Notes under the pieces: model-generated | The model's input: the letters and a program-made list of their open reading frames with translations, nothing else | Told to the model about the DNA's origin: nothing | Database searches by the model: none | Shown here: piece after piece, positions 38,998 through 52,309 of the stretch | How positions within the stretch are numbered: position 1 is the stretch's first letter | Layout of the letters: each line of letters opens with the position of its first letter | Assembly: GCF_004010195.1 (NCBI RefSeq) | Contig: NC_057745.1 | Coordinates: 8,467,591-8,531,590, forward strand | DNA from: Chiloscyllium plagiosum | Taxonomy: Eukaryota | DNA: 64,000 bases | Direction of reading: 5' to 3' | Made by a program: the position numbers and the translations under genes

Positions 38998-39217
38998 ATG
39001 GAGAAAGTGAGGACTGCAGATGCTGGAGATCAGAGCTGAAAATGTGTTGCTGGAAAAGCGCAGGTCAGGCAGCATCCAAGGAACAGGAGAATTGACGTTT
39101 CGGACATAAGCCCTTCTTCAGGAATTCCTGAAGAAGGGCTTATGCCCGAAACGTCGATTCTCCTGTTCCTTGGATGCTGCCTGACCTGCTGCGCTTTTCC
39201 AGCAACACATTTTCAGC
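38998..39217. mobile_element. Fold-back Penelope-like element; hammerhead cores at 39094-39121 (-) and 39128-39155 (+)
   Basis: Palindrome centred on gaattc; TSD tatcaacttgg at 38987-38997 and 39218-39228. Confidence 0.85.
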
Positions 39218-42200
39218 TATCAACTTGGGTGGCAACTTTCAGGGAACTGTGCACCTGGACACCAAGATCTCTCTGTTCATCTACACTGCCAAGAATTTTA
39301 CCATTAGCCCAGTACTCTGCAGTCCTGTTATTTCGTCCAAAGTGAACTACATCACAGTTTTCCACATTAAACTCCATTTGCCACTTTTCAGCCCAGCACT
39401 GCATCTTATCTATGCCCCTCTGTAACCCACAACATATTTCTGCACTATCCACAAATCTGCCTCCCTTCGTGTCATCTGGAAATTTACTAACCCATCCTTC
39501 TACGCCCACATCCAGATCATTTATAAAAATGACAAACAGCAGTGGTCCCAAAACAGATCCTTACGGCACACCACTGGTAACGGAGCTCCAGGATGAACAT
39601 TTCCAATCAACCACAACACTGTCTTCTTTCAGCTAGCCAATTTCTGATCCAAACTGCTAAATCACCTTTAATCCCAAAACTCCGTATTTTGTGCAATAGC
39701 CTACCGTGTGGAACCTTATCAAACACCTTACTGAAGCCCATATACACCATATCAACCGCTTTACCTTCATCCACCTGTTTTGTCACCTTCTCGAAGAACT
39801 CAATAAAAGTTAGTGAGGCACGACCTACCCTTCACAAGACCATGTTGACTATCCCTAATTAAATTATTCCTTTCCAGATAATTGTAAATCCTATCTCTTA
39901 CAACCTTTTCCAACATTTTACCCACAACTGAAGTAGGGCTCACTGGCCTATAATTACCAAAGTTGTCCCGACTCTCCTTCTTAAACATTTGCTATCCTCC
40001 AGTCTTCTGGCACTACTCCCGTCGACAATGGTGACATAAAGATCAAAGCCAAAGGCTCTGCAATCTCCTCCCTGGCTTCCCAGTGAATCAGAGGACAAAT
40101 CCCATCTGGCCCAGGGGTCTTATTTATTTTCAGATCTTCCAAAGTTGCTAAAACCTCCTCTTTCTCAACCTCAATCCCATCAAACTTGTAGCCTGTATCT
40201 CCGTATTTTCACTAACATTGCCTTTTTCCAATGTGAATACTGACGAAACGTATTCGTTAAGCACATCCCCTATGTCTTCAGATTCCAAACACAACTTCCC
40301 ACTACTTCTTTGATTGGCCCTAATCTTACTCTAGTTATTCTTTTAGGATGCATATACCTATAAAAGGCCTTAGGGTTTTCCTTGATCCTATCCACCAACA
40401 ACTTCTCACGTCCTCTCCTGGCTCTTTTTACCCCTCTCTTTAGATCTTTTCTGGCTAACAGACAACTCTCAAGCCCCCTAACTAAGCTTTCACGCCTCAT
40501 CCTCACATAAGACCTCTTCTTTGTCTTGTCAAGAGCTTCAACTTCTTCAGTTCCCTCTCTTGACAAATACCTCCCTGCATGATAGATACATACTTATCAA
40601 TGACCCACAGTAGCTTTTTCTTGAATAAGCTCCACATTTCAAGTGTGTCCATCCCCTGCAGTTTCCTTCCCCATCCCATGCATCTAATCACATCATAACT
40701 GCCTTTCCCCCAGTTATACCTCTTTCCATACAGTATATACATATCTCTGCCCATTGCTATTGTAAATATAACCAAATTATGGTCACTATCGCCAAAATGC
40801 TCACATACCTCCAAATCTAACACCTGGCCGGGTTCATTCCCCAGTACCAAACCCAATATGGCATCACCCCTTGCACACATTGTACAAAAACTGACCCATC
40901 TAAATTACTTGAACTATAGTATTCCCAGTCAATATTGGCGAAATTAAAGACCCCATAACAACTACCCTGTTACTCTCGCTCCTATTGAGAATCATCTTTG
41001 CTATCCTTTCCTCTACATCCCTGAAACAATTTGGAGGCCTATAGAAAACTCCCAACAGTGTGACCTCTCCTTTCCTGTTTCTAACCTCAGTCCAAACTAC
41101 CTCAGTGGAGGAGTCCTCAAACGTTATCTCAGCTGCTGGGATACTACCCTTGATTAACAATGCCGCAACCCCATCTCTTTTACCATCTTCTCTGTTCTTG
41201 CTGAAACATCTAAATCCTAAAATCTACAACAACCATTCCTGTCCTCCCTCTAGCCATGTCTCTGAAATGGCCACAACAAAAATCCCAGGCACCAACCCAT
41301 GCTGCAAGTTCACCCACCTTATTCCAGATGCTCCTGGCACTGAAGTACACACATCTCAGACCAACACCCTGATTGCCGGTGCCCTCTCATGACCTTGTAA
41401 ACCTATCCCTGACCTCATTACCGACAACCTCCTGTACACTGGAACTACAATTCAGGTTCCCATCCCTCTGCTGCATTAGTTTAAACACCCCCCAACAAAG
41501 AGTATTAGCAAACTTCCCGTGCCCCAGGATATTGGTACTCCTCTGGTTCAAATGAAGACCATCCTGTTTGTAGAGGTCCCACCTTCCACAGAAAAAGCTC
41601 CAGTTATCCAAGAATACAAAACCCTCTCTCCTGCACCATCCTTGCAGCCACGTGATCAGCTCCACACTCTCCCTGTTCCTCGCTTCACTAGCATGTGGCA
41701 TGGGCAACAAACCAGAGATAACAATGCTGTTTGTACTAGTTCTAAGCTTCCATCCTAGTTCCCTGAATTTCTGTCTTAGATCCCCAACTTTCTTCCTACC
41801 TAGGTTGTTGGTGGCTACGTCAACATGTCTTGGGGCTTCTCCCCCTCAAAGATCCCGAAAATAAGATCAGAGACATCACGACCCCTGGCACCTAGGAGGC
41901 AACACATCAATCATGAGTCTCTCTCGTTCCCACAAAACCTCCTATCTGTCGCCCTAACTATGGAGACCCCAATGATTAAAGCTTTGCTCCTCTTCCCCCT
42001 TCCCTTCTGAGGAACAGGGACAGACTCTGCGCCAGAGACCTGTGTCCCATTGTTTACACCTGGTAAATCGTTCCCTCCCCCCACAACAGTATCCAAAATG
42101 GTATACTTGTTGTTGAGGGGAACCGCCACAGGAGATCCCTACACTACCAGCTGGTTCCCTTTCCTATCCCTGATGGTAACCCATCCACCTTCTTCACGTG

Positions 42201-43539
42201 GCTGTGGAGTAACTATCTCCCTGTAACTCCTCTCAATAACCCCCTCCACCTCCTGAATGATCCAAAGTTCATCTAGCTCCAGCTCCTTAATACAGTTCTT
42301 GAGGAGCTGGAGTCGAGTGCACTTACTACAAATGAAGTCAGCAGGGACACTAGGCGGCCTTACGTCCCACATACTGGAGGAGGAACATTCAACTGCCCTA
42401 ACCTCCATTCCCACTATTCTAAACTCCCAAATAGACTGCTGAAAAAAAACATTGAAACACTTGAAAGAAAACACTTGTCACCTTACCAACTGACGCACAA
42501 AACTTTTATTTTAGTTAGGGAAGGAGGATGGGTGGGAGAAACTACCCAAGTAGTAAAACGACTGCCCCAAATATGTGACCTCCTGACCTCTCCAAACACC
42601 TCCAGGAACTGAAGAAAACCAGTACTAAAAGCAATTTAAGCTGTATACTCACATATCCCGACAGATTTCACTTCAAAGGTGAAATGTTAACGGTAAAGCA
42701 CTCTGCGGCATCCTGAGATTGAGAAAGGTGCTATTAAAATGTATTCTTAATTATTTTAATCCTTACTTCTGTTTCCCATGTTTGTTATCCTCCAAGTTCA
42801 CTTAAACTACTGCTCCCGCAATACAAATTTCTCTACCTTAACTTAATAGGCACTGCGCTTGATATTACTCATGGCTTCTCTAACCTGATCATTTGTAGAA
42901 CTGACAAGGTCATTTCTGACGACCTCTTGATATATCACAGCACTTGCATGCATCTTATGCCTTTTCAACCACATTTCACATTGTATCAGCCACCAGAATA
43001 GACAAGTTGGTTTCAAGGGCAATTTCAATTGCCCAATTTTCCAACTTCAAGGATGAAATCAAACAAAACAAAACAAAAAACTTAAAAGGTATTGACTCGA
43101 AGCTTCAAATTTAAAGTGCTCTTTAACTGACCTTAGATTTAGTCAGATTACGACGTAGAGCTTTAATCCATTGTCTCCGCTCATCTGGCTGCGACTTTGG
43201 CTGACTTCTCCAGTCAGATCTTTACCATTTGTAAAGATCACATCTTTCTCCTTTCCTTCATTTTTGAACTGATAAATGACATTATCTAGCAGACTGTGCA
43301 AATAACACTGCTGTCATTTTAAAAGTCATTTTACTGATGCACATTGTCGGTTGTATTCAATTATCTGTTTCTCCTGGAACAGTGAGAGTAAAAGCAGATA
43401 TTATGGAGCTGCTAAGTTCTGAGCTAAGGGACAAATGCTTGACAGGTGACCATGGCTTGTAGTGGGCCTGCGCAGCAAAGAAAAATCAAGAAAACTCTCT
43501 CTCTTTCCTCCCATCCAGGACAAAGAATTACATTTTCTT

Positions 43540-43948
43540 GGCAACACATCCACACAATTCAGTCCCTCCACCACCAATGCTCAGTAGCAGTACTGAGTAC
43601 TATCTACAAAATCCACTGCACAAATTCACCAAAGCTCCTTAGACAGTACCTTCCAAACCCACTACCTTTACCAGCTGGAAGGACAATGGCAGCAGATAAA
43701 TGGGAGCATCATCACCTGTAATTTCCCCTCCAAGCCACTCACTATCTTTACTTAGAAATATCTGGCCATTCCTGTGTTGCTGGGAGAAAATTTGGAGTTT
43801 CCTTCCTAACAGCAGTTGGGGGAATACAGAGACACCAATGACTGCAGCGGTTCAAGAAGGCAGCTTACCATCTTCTCAAGGGCAATTAGGGACAGAGAAT
43901 TAGGACTTAGCCAGCAACGTCCACATCCCATGAATGAATAAAATAAAA
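43540..43948 (+). mobile_element. Old LINE (L2-like) 3' end
   Basis: IQSLHHQCSVA...IYKIHC remnant; tail cccatgaatgaataaaa; relatives at 5496, 47430 and 50385. Confidence 0.55.
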
Positions 43949-44913
43949 GTTTTGTTTTCGACTCTCTTCAGTGATTTTATAGTAGGGTGCTTAACTGTTG
44001 AACTTTAGCGGTAAACCCATTTTCAGCTGTACTTTTAAAAACAAAAAAAATGAATAATTACATTATACTTGTTATGATCCCAGCTGATTATAATACTGGA
44101 CACGTCAGATGTGAAAGTGAAACCTGGTTTGATAGATAAGTTTTATTTTTCTTTTCTATTTGTATAGGATGGTGGTTTAGAAATATATTCATACAAGTCT
44201 ACCAGTATACTTAAAGAGCAAAGTTTATTTTGCAAAATAAACATTAAAAAACTGTAAAGAAGATAACTTAGAAAAGTCTTATTATAAACAATAAGAAGAT
44301 TCAGTCGTTTTCCCAGTGTTACCTTTCACAGAAGCTGAAACCCAATCAAGTGTCACCCCTATCTTTACACCTTAACTTCTTACTCAACAAACTCTTTCTA
44401 GCCACACTTGCTGCTGAAACAGCTCAAGACTTCTTCCCAGTTCTGATGGATTGGCGATTTCTGCAAACTCTCAATCCAGACACATCTACAAACTAAAACC
44501 TGAACTTCTTCTGAACTCAACCGGCTAGTGACCATCCATATCTGTAGATCATAAAACTTAACTTTGTATACATTCAGCATTTAGCTCGAGTCATTTGGCT
44601 TAAGTCATAGCCTTTCCAAGAAATAATAAGTTCATCATTCCAAATGACTTTTTGAGCCTCTCTTAGAAAAGCAAGTCACTTTCATGGAATTGACGATTAA
44701 AGTACATTTCTTTCCTTCGGTTTTGGGATCCAAGTTCATAAATATTCCTTTGCTCACCTGCGCACACTCATGGAAGATTTGACATTTGTAAATCTGAAAA
44801 TCAATTTTAAAGGGAAACTTGAAGTTTAACAAGTGCAATTTCAAGCCAATTTCAGACTCAACTTGTCAATGGTGCAGAAATTCTATTCCCTAACCTCAGT
44901 TGACAATCAAGTG

Positions 44914-46034
44914 GATCTTATGGAATACAGGGAGAACTAGCCATTTGGATACAGAACTGGCTCAAAGGTAGAAGACAGATGGTGGTGGTGGAGGGTTGTT
45001 TTTCAGACTGGAGGCCTGTGACCAGTGGAGTGCCACAAGGATCGGTGTTGCGTCCTCTACTTTTTGTCATTTACATAAATGATTTGGATGCGAGCATAAG
45101 AGGTACAGTTAGCAAGTTTGCAGATGACACCAAAATTGGAGGTGTAGTGGACAGCGAAGAGGGCTACCTCAGATTACAACAGGATCTTGACCAGATGTGC
45201 CAATGGGCTAAGAGGTGGCCAATGGAGTTTAATTCAGATAAATGCGAGGTGCTGCATTTTGGGAAAGCAAATCTTAGCAGGACTAATACATTTCTTGATA
45301 AGCTCCTAGGGAGCGTTGCTGAACAAAGAGACCTTGGAGTGCAGATTCATAGCTCCTTGAAAGTGGAGTCACAGGTAGATAGGATAGTGAAGGCGACGTT
45401 TGGTATGCTTTGCTTTATTGGTCAGAGTATTGAGTATAGGAGTTGGGAGGTTATGTTGTGGCTATACAAGACATTGGTTAGGCCGCTGTTGAAATATTGC
45501 GTGCAATTCTGGTCTCCTTCCTATCGGAAAGATGTTGTGAAACTTGAAAAGGTTCAGAAAAGATTTACAAGGTTGTTGCCAAGGTTGGAGGATTTGAGCT
45601 ACAGGGAGAGGCTGAACAGGCTGGGGCTGTTTTCCCTGGAGCATCGGAGGCTGAGGGGTGACCTTATAGAGGTTTACAAAATTATGAGGGGCATGGATAG
45701 GGTAAATAGGCAAAGTCTTTTCCTTGGGGTCCAGGAGTCCAGAACTAGAGGGCATTGGTTTAGGGTGCGAGGGGAAAGATATAAAAGAGACCTACGGGGC
45801 AACGTTTTCACACAGAGGGTGGTACATGTATGGAATGAGCTGTCAGAGGAAGTAGAGGAGGCTGGTACAATTGCAACACTTAAAAGGCATTTGGATGGGT
45901 ATATGAATAGGAAGGGTTTGGAGGGATATGGGCCGGGTGCTTGCAGGTGGGACCAGATTGGGTTGGGATATCTGGTCGGCATGGACGGGTTGGATTGAAA
46001 GGTCTGTGTACATGCTATAAATCTCTATGACTCT
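44914..46034 (+). mobile_element. Young 5'-truncated CR1 LINE with uninterrupted 339-aa RT C-terminal ORF (44979-45998)
   Basis: [27 protein letters not shown]; possible TSD aagtg. Confidence 0.95.
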
Positions 46035-46939
46035 AAGTGCTGGAGTATTTATAGACGAAACCTCTTCTCGAGTAAATGCAAAAGGATTCCTTGACACTAC
46101 CTTCTGCAATCAACAACCAATCTTTTCCATTCACTGTTTATGGGATCTTCCTGGTTCCTATTGGCTACCAGGCTCCTCTTTATATCAGGGACTGTTCTTC
46201 AGAAGCAACTTTTGAAAAACAAATGGTACAAACCACCTTGGAATAGTCTGAAAATTGGAAAGTGCCAAGTAAATATTAATTATTTCTTAACAATACAGAC
46301 CCAAGGTAGGAGGTAAATATCACAAAGGTGCTCCAGTCTCAATGTTGTGGTGGATACACACCGGAAGAATTTTTTAATTGTGATAGAGAACAGGAATTTT
46401 CTATTATCAAATGGTTTTGGCACGCTTAGTGATATTGTTTTATTTGTTTAAAGCAGCATTCGCTCTAAGTTATTTGGCTGTGCATGCACATAGAACCTTT
46501 GAACGGCTATGCATGGCAATCTGCAACTGCGTGTTGATCGTGGTACTGACATTCAGTTCTAGAGGTGGCTGCTATGCAGCCAGAGACAAAATTAAAGGGA
46601 GCGCTGTTCATGGGAGGTGAGCTTTCTTGACTAGGCCAGGATTTAGCATCCATCCCTAATAGCCCTTGAGAAGTTGGTGGTGAGCTGCCAACCTTTCTAA
46701 ACAAAAAGCTGGTCATCAGATAAGGATGTTGCTAGCTAGACCGGTGTTTATCACCCATCCCAAACTGCCCCAGAGAACGGTTAAGAACCAACCACTTTGC
46801 TGTGGGTCTGGAGTCATATGTAAAGGTAATGGTAAAGGTAAAGTCACCAAAGTCTCAGAGGATCATAGAGCTGTCCAAACCAAGTAAAGACAGTAGATTT
46901 CCTTCCCGAAAGGGCATTAATGAACCAATTTTTATGACA

Positions 46940-47270
46940 GGGTGGCATATGGCTCAGTGGTTTGCACTTTTGCCTCACAGCACCAGGGACTCAGGTTCAA
47001 TTCCAGCCTTGGGTGACTGCGTGGAGTTTGCAAATTCTCCGTGTCTGTGTGGATTTTCTCCAGGTTCTCCAGTTTCCTCCACAGTCCAAAGTTGTGCAGG
47101 CTAGCTGAATTGGCCATAGTCCTCAAGGATGTGTAGGTTAGGTGCATTAGTCGGGTAAACATATAATAATAGGGTAGGGGAATAGGTCTGTGTGGGTTAC
47201 TCTTCAGGGGGTCAGTGGGGATTTGTTGGGTTGAAGGGCCTGTTTCCACATTGTCGGGATTCCATGATTC
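46940..47270 (+). mobile_element. HE1-like tRNA SINE
   Basis: A/B boxes and CR1-like tail. Confidence 0.85.
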
Positions 47271-47924
47271 TCTGAATCAATCTTGACTGGATTGCATGTT
47301 TGCCATTAGACTAGTCTTTTATTGCTTTACTGATCCTATTGAACTAGCTGCCATGGTGAAATGCAAATTCATACCCAGAACATTAGCCTGTATAGCAGAC
47401 TGCTACTTCCATAACATTACCACCATGCATTTCCTCCTTTCTAAACGGCTGTAGTTCTTGGGTTATAGGGACACCCACTATGCTGTTAGAGAGTGCCAGG
47501 TTCTTGACCCAGTGACAGTCAATGAAATAGCTCCAAATCAGGATTGCGAGTGGTTTGGGAGGAGAACTGGCAGGTGGTGCTGTTCCCATGCATATGCTGA
47601 ACTTGTCCTTCTCGGCAATAGAGGTTGCAGGTCTGGAAGACGCTGTCAAAAGATACTTAATGCATTCTGCAGCACATCTTGTATGGTACATATTGCTGCA
47701 ACTATGTGTGAGTGGTGAAGTATGTGAATGTTTCAGGGAAATTAATGCATTCACATTAAACGTATTCATTGCTGAACTGATTCAACACAAGAAAAACATT
47801 TTATATTAACTTGTTAATGTAATTATAAAAACCTCAGAGTAATTTCACCTTATTGGTTATTAAACAGAAAAGTGGAAGTGCTGCTTTATATCCCTCCCAC
47901 CTCCAGAGTTAGTTATATACTTAC

Positions 47925-48040
47925 ACTTGCGTCCTGAACTCATGTTAGATTCCAACTGTTTGAGCTTTGAAACCAGCTCCTTGTTGCTATCATTCTTGTG
48001 AATTAGATAATTAAGTAACATGCATGCATACTGAATGGTT
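47925..48040 (-). CDS. PEX11A: PEX11A exon 2 (TIQYACMLLNYLIHKNDSNKELVSKLKQLESNMSSGRK)
   Basis: QYAC and LES..SSGRK motifs; tttcag/gtaagt; 116 nt, phase 2 to 1. Confidence 0.95.
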
Positions 48041-48919
48041 CTGAAAGAAAACAAAATGCAAGAAGCACACAACTTATTTTCTGCTACATGCAGTGTTCAC
48101 TATTAAACAATTTAGCAAATGCACTATCCTTAAATGTGTTGCATCAAAAAAAAAATGATAGCTCTTCTAAACTGATTTAAGTTCTGTTATACAGTGATTT
48201 CTCACACTAACCCTGCAACAGGAGAGAAATTGCTATCCTGGGGTGGATTCAAAACCAGACTCTTGAGGTGAAGCAATAGCAAGTAACAGTTCTAGCTCTA
48301 CAAATGTTGTAGGATTTATGAAGAGGCACTTGATGGAACTTAATTTAGATAATGAATGTCTAGCAGGAATCACTAATAAGAATTTTGTAATTGCTACACT
48401 TCTACAAAGCCACCAATTCAAAACTATCTTTAAAGAGAGTGAGAAGAGAGGTCGTTATGATGAGCACAGAAGCTTTGCTGGAGTAAACTGAAGCAGATAG
48501 TTAACCTTGTAAGGAGAGTAAAATAGATATAAAATTTTAAAGCCGAAGAAGATATAGGCCTATTAGAGAGAGCAGAGCAGTGGAATTATTTTTAGGATTG
48601 CAATCGCAAAAGCAAAGCACAGTCATGATATGCCAAATTGAATCCTCCTGTGTTGTAAATTTCTGTGGTTCTCTGGTCACATGTGATCATCAATATTATT
48701 ACTGCAGGGTTCAATGGAGCTGTTCTTAAAATAATTTGTAATGAACAAGGAGACTTTGCTCCTCTGGTGTATATCTAGACCTGTAACAAAACTGAAAACT
48801 GAGGGGATCTGAGAACTTATCAGCTTCCAAAGCAAGAGAGAACCTGCATATGGGTTGAAGTTGCAGCTCCTCATCAATTCTGTCATTTTTATTTATCAGG
48901 CGACCTTTCTCCGACTAGT

Positions 48920-50280
48920 TATAGGAACACAAGTAAGCTTGTTCACCCCTTCAAGCCTGTTCCACCATTCAATGAGACCGTGGCTAATCTGTGGCCTGAA
49001 TCCATAAACCTCCCTTTGGCCTATTTATCAATCTCAGATTTAAACTTAATTACTGATACTGTATCCTGTATCCATACTGTTTGCAGAACAGAGTTCCAAA
49101 CCTAGTGCTTTCTAACATCTCTCTGAACAGCCTAGCACTAATTCTGAGACTATGCCCCATGGTTAAGAATCCCCAATCAATAGTTTCTTTTTATCTACCC
49201 GGTCGTTTCTTGTTAATATCTTGAAGACTTCAATCAGATCACCCATAACCTTCTAAATTCTAGAGAAAACATGCCTAATTTGTATAATCCCACCTCATAA
49301 CTTAAACCTTGACGTCCAGATATCATTCTTTTAAACCTATGTTGTACTCCCTCCAAAGCCAATGTAGTCTTTTTAAGGTGTGGTGCTTGAATTTGCTCAC
49401 AGTAGATGAGGTCTAAACAAGGTTTTGTATAACTGTAGCATAACGTCTGTACCTTTGCATTCCAGTCCTCTTGACATAAAGGCCAGCACTTGATAAGCTT
49501 TGATTATTTTCTGCACCTGCTCATGCTATATTAAAGATCTATGTGCCTGAACACCAAGTCTCTTTGGACATCCACTATATTTAACTTCATACCACCCAGA
49601 AAATAACGTGCTCTTTCCTTTCTCGGTCAAAAATAGATGACTTCATACTTGCTGACATAGAATTCTATCACAGTTTTGCCCATTTACTTAGTCTATCGAT
49701 ATCTTTTTTGGATTTAATGTTATTATCTAACGCTATCTGCACTGCTGCCTAACTTTGAGTCATCAGCAAATTTGAATATATGACTTTCTATGTCAATATC
49801 AAAGTCATTAACAAATAGATGTGAATAATGAAGCCGTAATACAGATTCTTGTGGGATACCACTGGTCAAATCATGCCGATTTGAGTAGCTATCCACTATC
49901 CCTACTTTCTGTTGCCTGCCATTCAACCAGCTTCCCAGCCATGTCAATAATTTGTCTTCAATTCCATGGGTTCTACCTTAATTAATAAAATTTCATGTGG
50001 GAATTATCAAATGCCTCTTGAAGCCCATATAAACAACATCCGCTGTAGACATTCCTCTGTCCCCTCAGTCACCTTGTCAAAAAATTCAATTAGGTTTGTC
50101 AGGCATGACCTACCTATCATGAATCCATGCTGCCTCTCCCTTATTAACAGAAAATTTTCAAGGTGATCATTTACCCATTCTTGAATACAGATTCTAACCA
50201 TTTCCTCACCACGGATATTAAGCTAACTGGTCTGCAATTCCCTAGTTTTCTTCTCTCGCTCTTCTTAAATAAAAACAGAG
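48920..50280 (-). mobile_element. CR1 LINE 3' fragment (old)
   Basis: QHGFMIGRSCLTNLIEFF, SGIPQESVL, KFADDSKL. Confidence 0.85.
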
Positions 50281-50819
50281 TGGTCTCCTCACCAATTGAA
50301 AATACACAGGCATTTTGAGGATTTTGGTGGCAAATTCCCTGATATATTTGAGTCCTGTTACAGTGCATCTTGAAAATGCATATTTTGCTTCTACACTGCA
50401 TCTGAGTCAACAGAAATGAATGATGAAAGTAGTGAATAGGGTGCCAACCAAAGGCGACTGTGACCTGGATGCAGTCAAGCTTATCAAATGTTATTGGAAC
50501 TGCACTCTTCCAGGCAAGTGAAGAGTATTGCATCACACTTCTGTCTTGTGCCTTGAGGTAGTGAACAGGCATTTGGCAGACAGGAGGTGAACAAAATTCC
50601 CAGCTTCTGAACCTTTCCTATATTCACAGTATTTATATGGCATAATGCCTTAATAATGCAGTTAGTGAAGTACAGCATTACATGACAAATTTGAAAAACT
50701 TCCATATTTGGCAAAAGAAGCCAAGTTAAAGAGGGCAACAATGTAGGATATGATTTGCTGTCCAAGTACTGAAAAACGTTCCCTCCTTCAGCCCCAATGT
50801 GTGTTTATTGATTTTTTAA

Positions 50820-51830
50820 GCTACATATCAATATAGCACTCCCAGGTCTGAGCTCCCATCCTTGCTGTGTCTTCATCATTCCCCAAGATCTCACCTGCAC
50901 TGAGGATGAATGTTTAATCCTCAGGAAAGGCCTCACCTTTATCCCTTTACTGTCCCAGATTAATGAGTTTGACATACGCCGCGACCTTGAACGTTTCTTC
51001 CGCCACCTCCGCCTCTGTGCCCACTTTTTCAACTAAGACACCCGCCCACACACTGAGGACCCCTTCTTCTGCCTCCAACACACCCCATCCACCTGGACAC
51101 CTAGTGCTGATCTGTTACCCACCCTTGATCTCCTAATTTCAAACTGCTGCTATGACATTGACCGCCTCAACCTGTCCACCCCCACAAACCCACTCCAACC
51201 TCCCGCCCTCACAACACGCAGCCCTCCACTCCAACCCCAACATCACCATCAGACCCACAGCCAAGTGGGGCGCACCAACCTCTACACTGCTAAAGCCAAC
51301 TCGCAAACACCTCCTCTTACTGTCCTCTTGATCATGACCTCACCTCCCATCACCAAACCATCCTATCCCAGACCATCCATAACCTCACCTCTGGGGATCT
51401 CCCATCCACAGCCTCCAACCTCATTGTCCGTGAACCCCGCACCGCCTGATTCTATCTCCTTCCCACGACTGACAAACCTGACTGCCACGGTCGACCCATT
51501 GTTTCAACCAGCGCCTGTCCCACCAAACTCACCTCCTCCTACCTCGACACCATCCTGTTCCCCCTTAGTCCAGGAACACCCCACCTACGTTCAGGACACC
51601 ACCTTCACCTCCTCCAAGATTTTTGTTTCCCCGACCCCCAACACCTCATCTTCACCATGGACAGCCAGTCCCTGCACACACTGATCCGCCACGATGAAGA
51701 TCTCCAAGCCCTCCGTTTCTTCTTCTCACGCCGTCCCAACCAGTACCCTTCCACCGACACCCTCAACTGCCTAGCTGAACTGGTCCTCACCCTCAACAAC
51801 TTCTCCTTCCAATCCTCCCACTTCCACACT
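50820..51830 (+). mobile_element. Penelope-like retroelement RT remnant
   Basis: C-rich strand; LRKGLTFIP..RRDLERFFRHLRL, FTMDSQSLHT.I.H, LAELVLTLNNFSF. Confidence 0.8.
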
Positions 51831-52309
51831 ACACATCACATATAAACCATATGAGTATATTCCCTGTGATTTCTTTCCATCTCAGCTTCCAAAGTTCACA
51901 TTTATAATGGAAAATCAAATTGATTTATAAGGTTTTAGCTCACGACACTTTTACTTCTCTAAGCTCCTCAGGTAAACAGCAGAAAAAAATTATATGCTCC
52001 AATTGACTCTGCTTCTCAAATTACGAAAGGTTTTACTACTTCATCATTATTAGTAATGCCAATCAAACTCCTTTGGCATTGCACATTGAAGTCAAGAATG
52101 AATGCAGCCTTCACTTTAAATGGAATTAGAGTGTGGGGAAAATTGGACCAGAGCATGTAGTCACAATTTACACAATTATACATTCTATTCTTAATTACTG
52201 AATCCTATTGTAAATTTGCAGAATCATATTTAAATAGAAAATGCTTCTCTAAAATTGCCATGCTGTAATGACACCAGCCTGTCATTCAATTATTGGTACC
52301 CAATATGCG

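Larger units (their letters stand above)
37838..42480 (-). mobile_element. Near-full-length decayed CR1 LINE (ORF1 Zn-finger/SGNH esterase-like plus ORF2 EN-RT)
   Basis: ORF1: AVECSS..FICSKC, VPLNNKYTIL, IIGVSIVR, KQDGLHLN; ORF2: LGVFYRPPN, GDSDHN, NYRPVS, GPLLFVIFINDL; multiple frameshifts. Confidence 0.92.

Noticed and set aside
44979-45998. 339-aa ORF as a host gene
   Set aside because: 5'-truncated CR1 reverse transcriptase fragment ending in a CR1 tail
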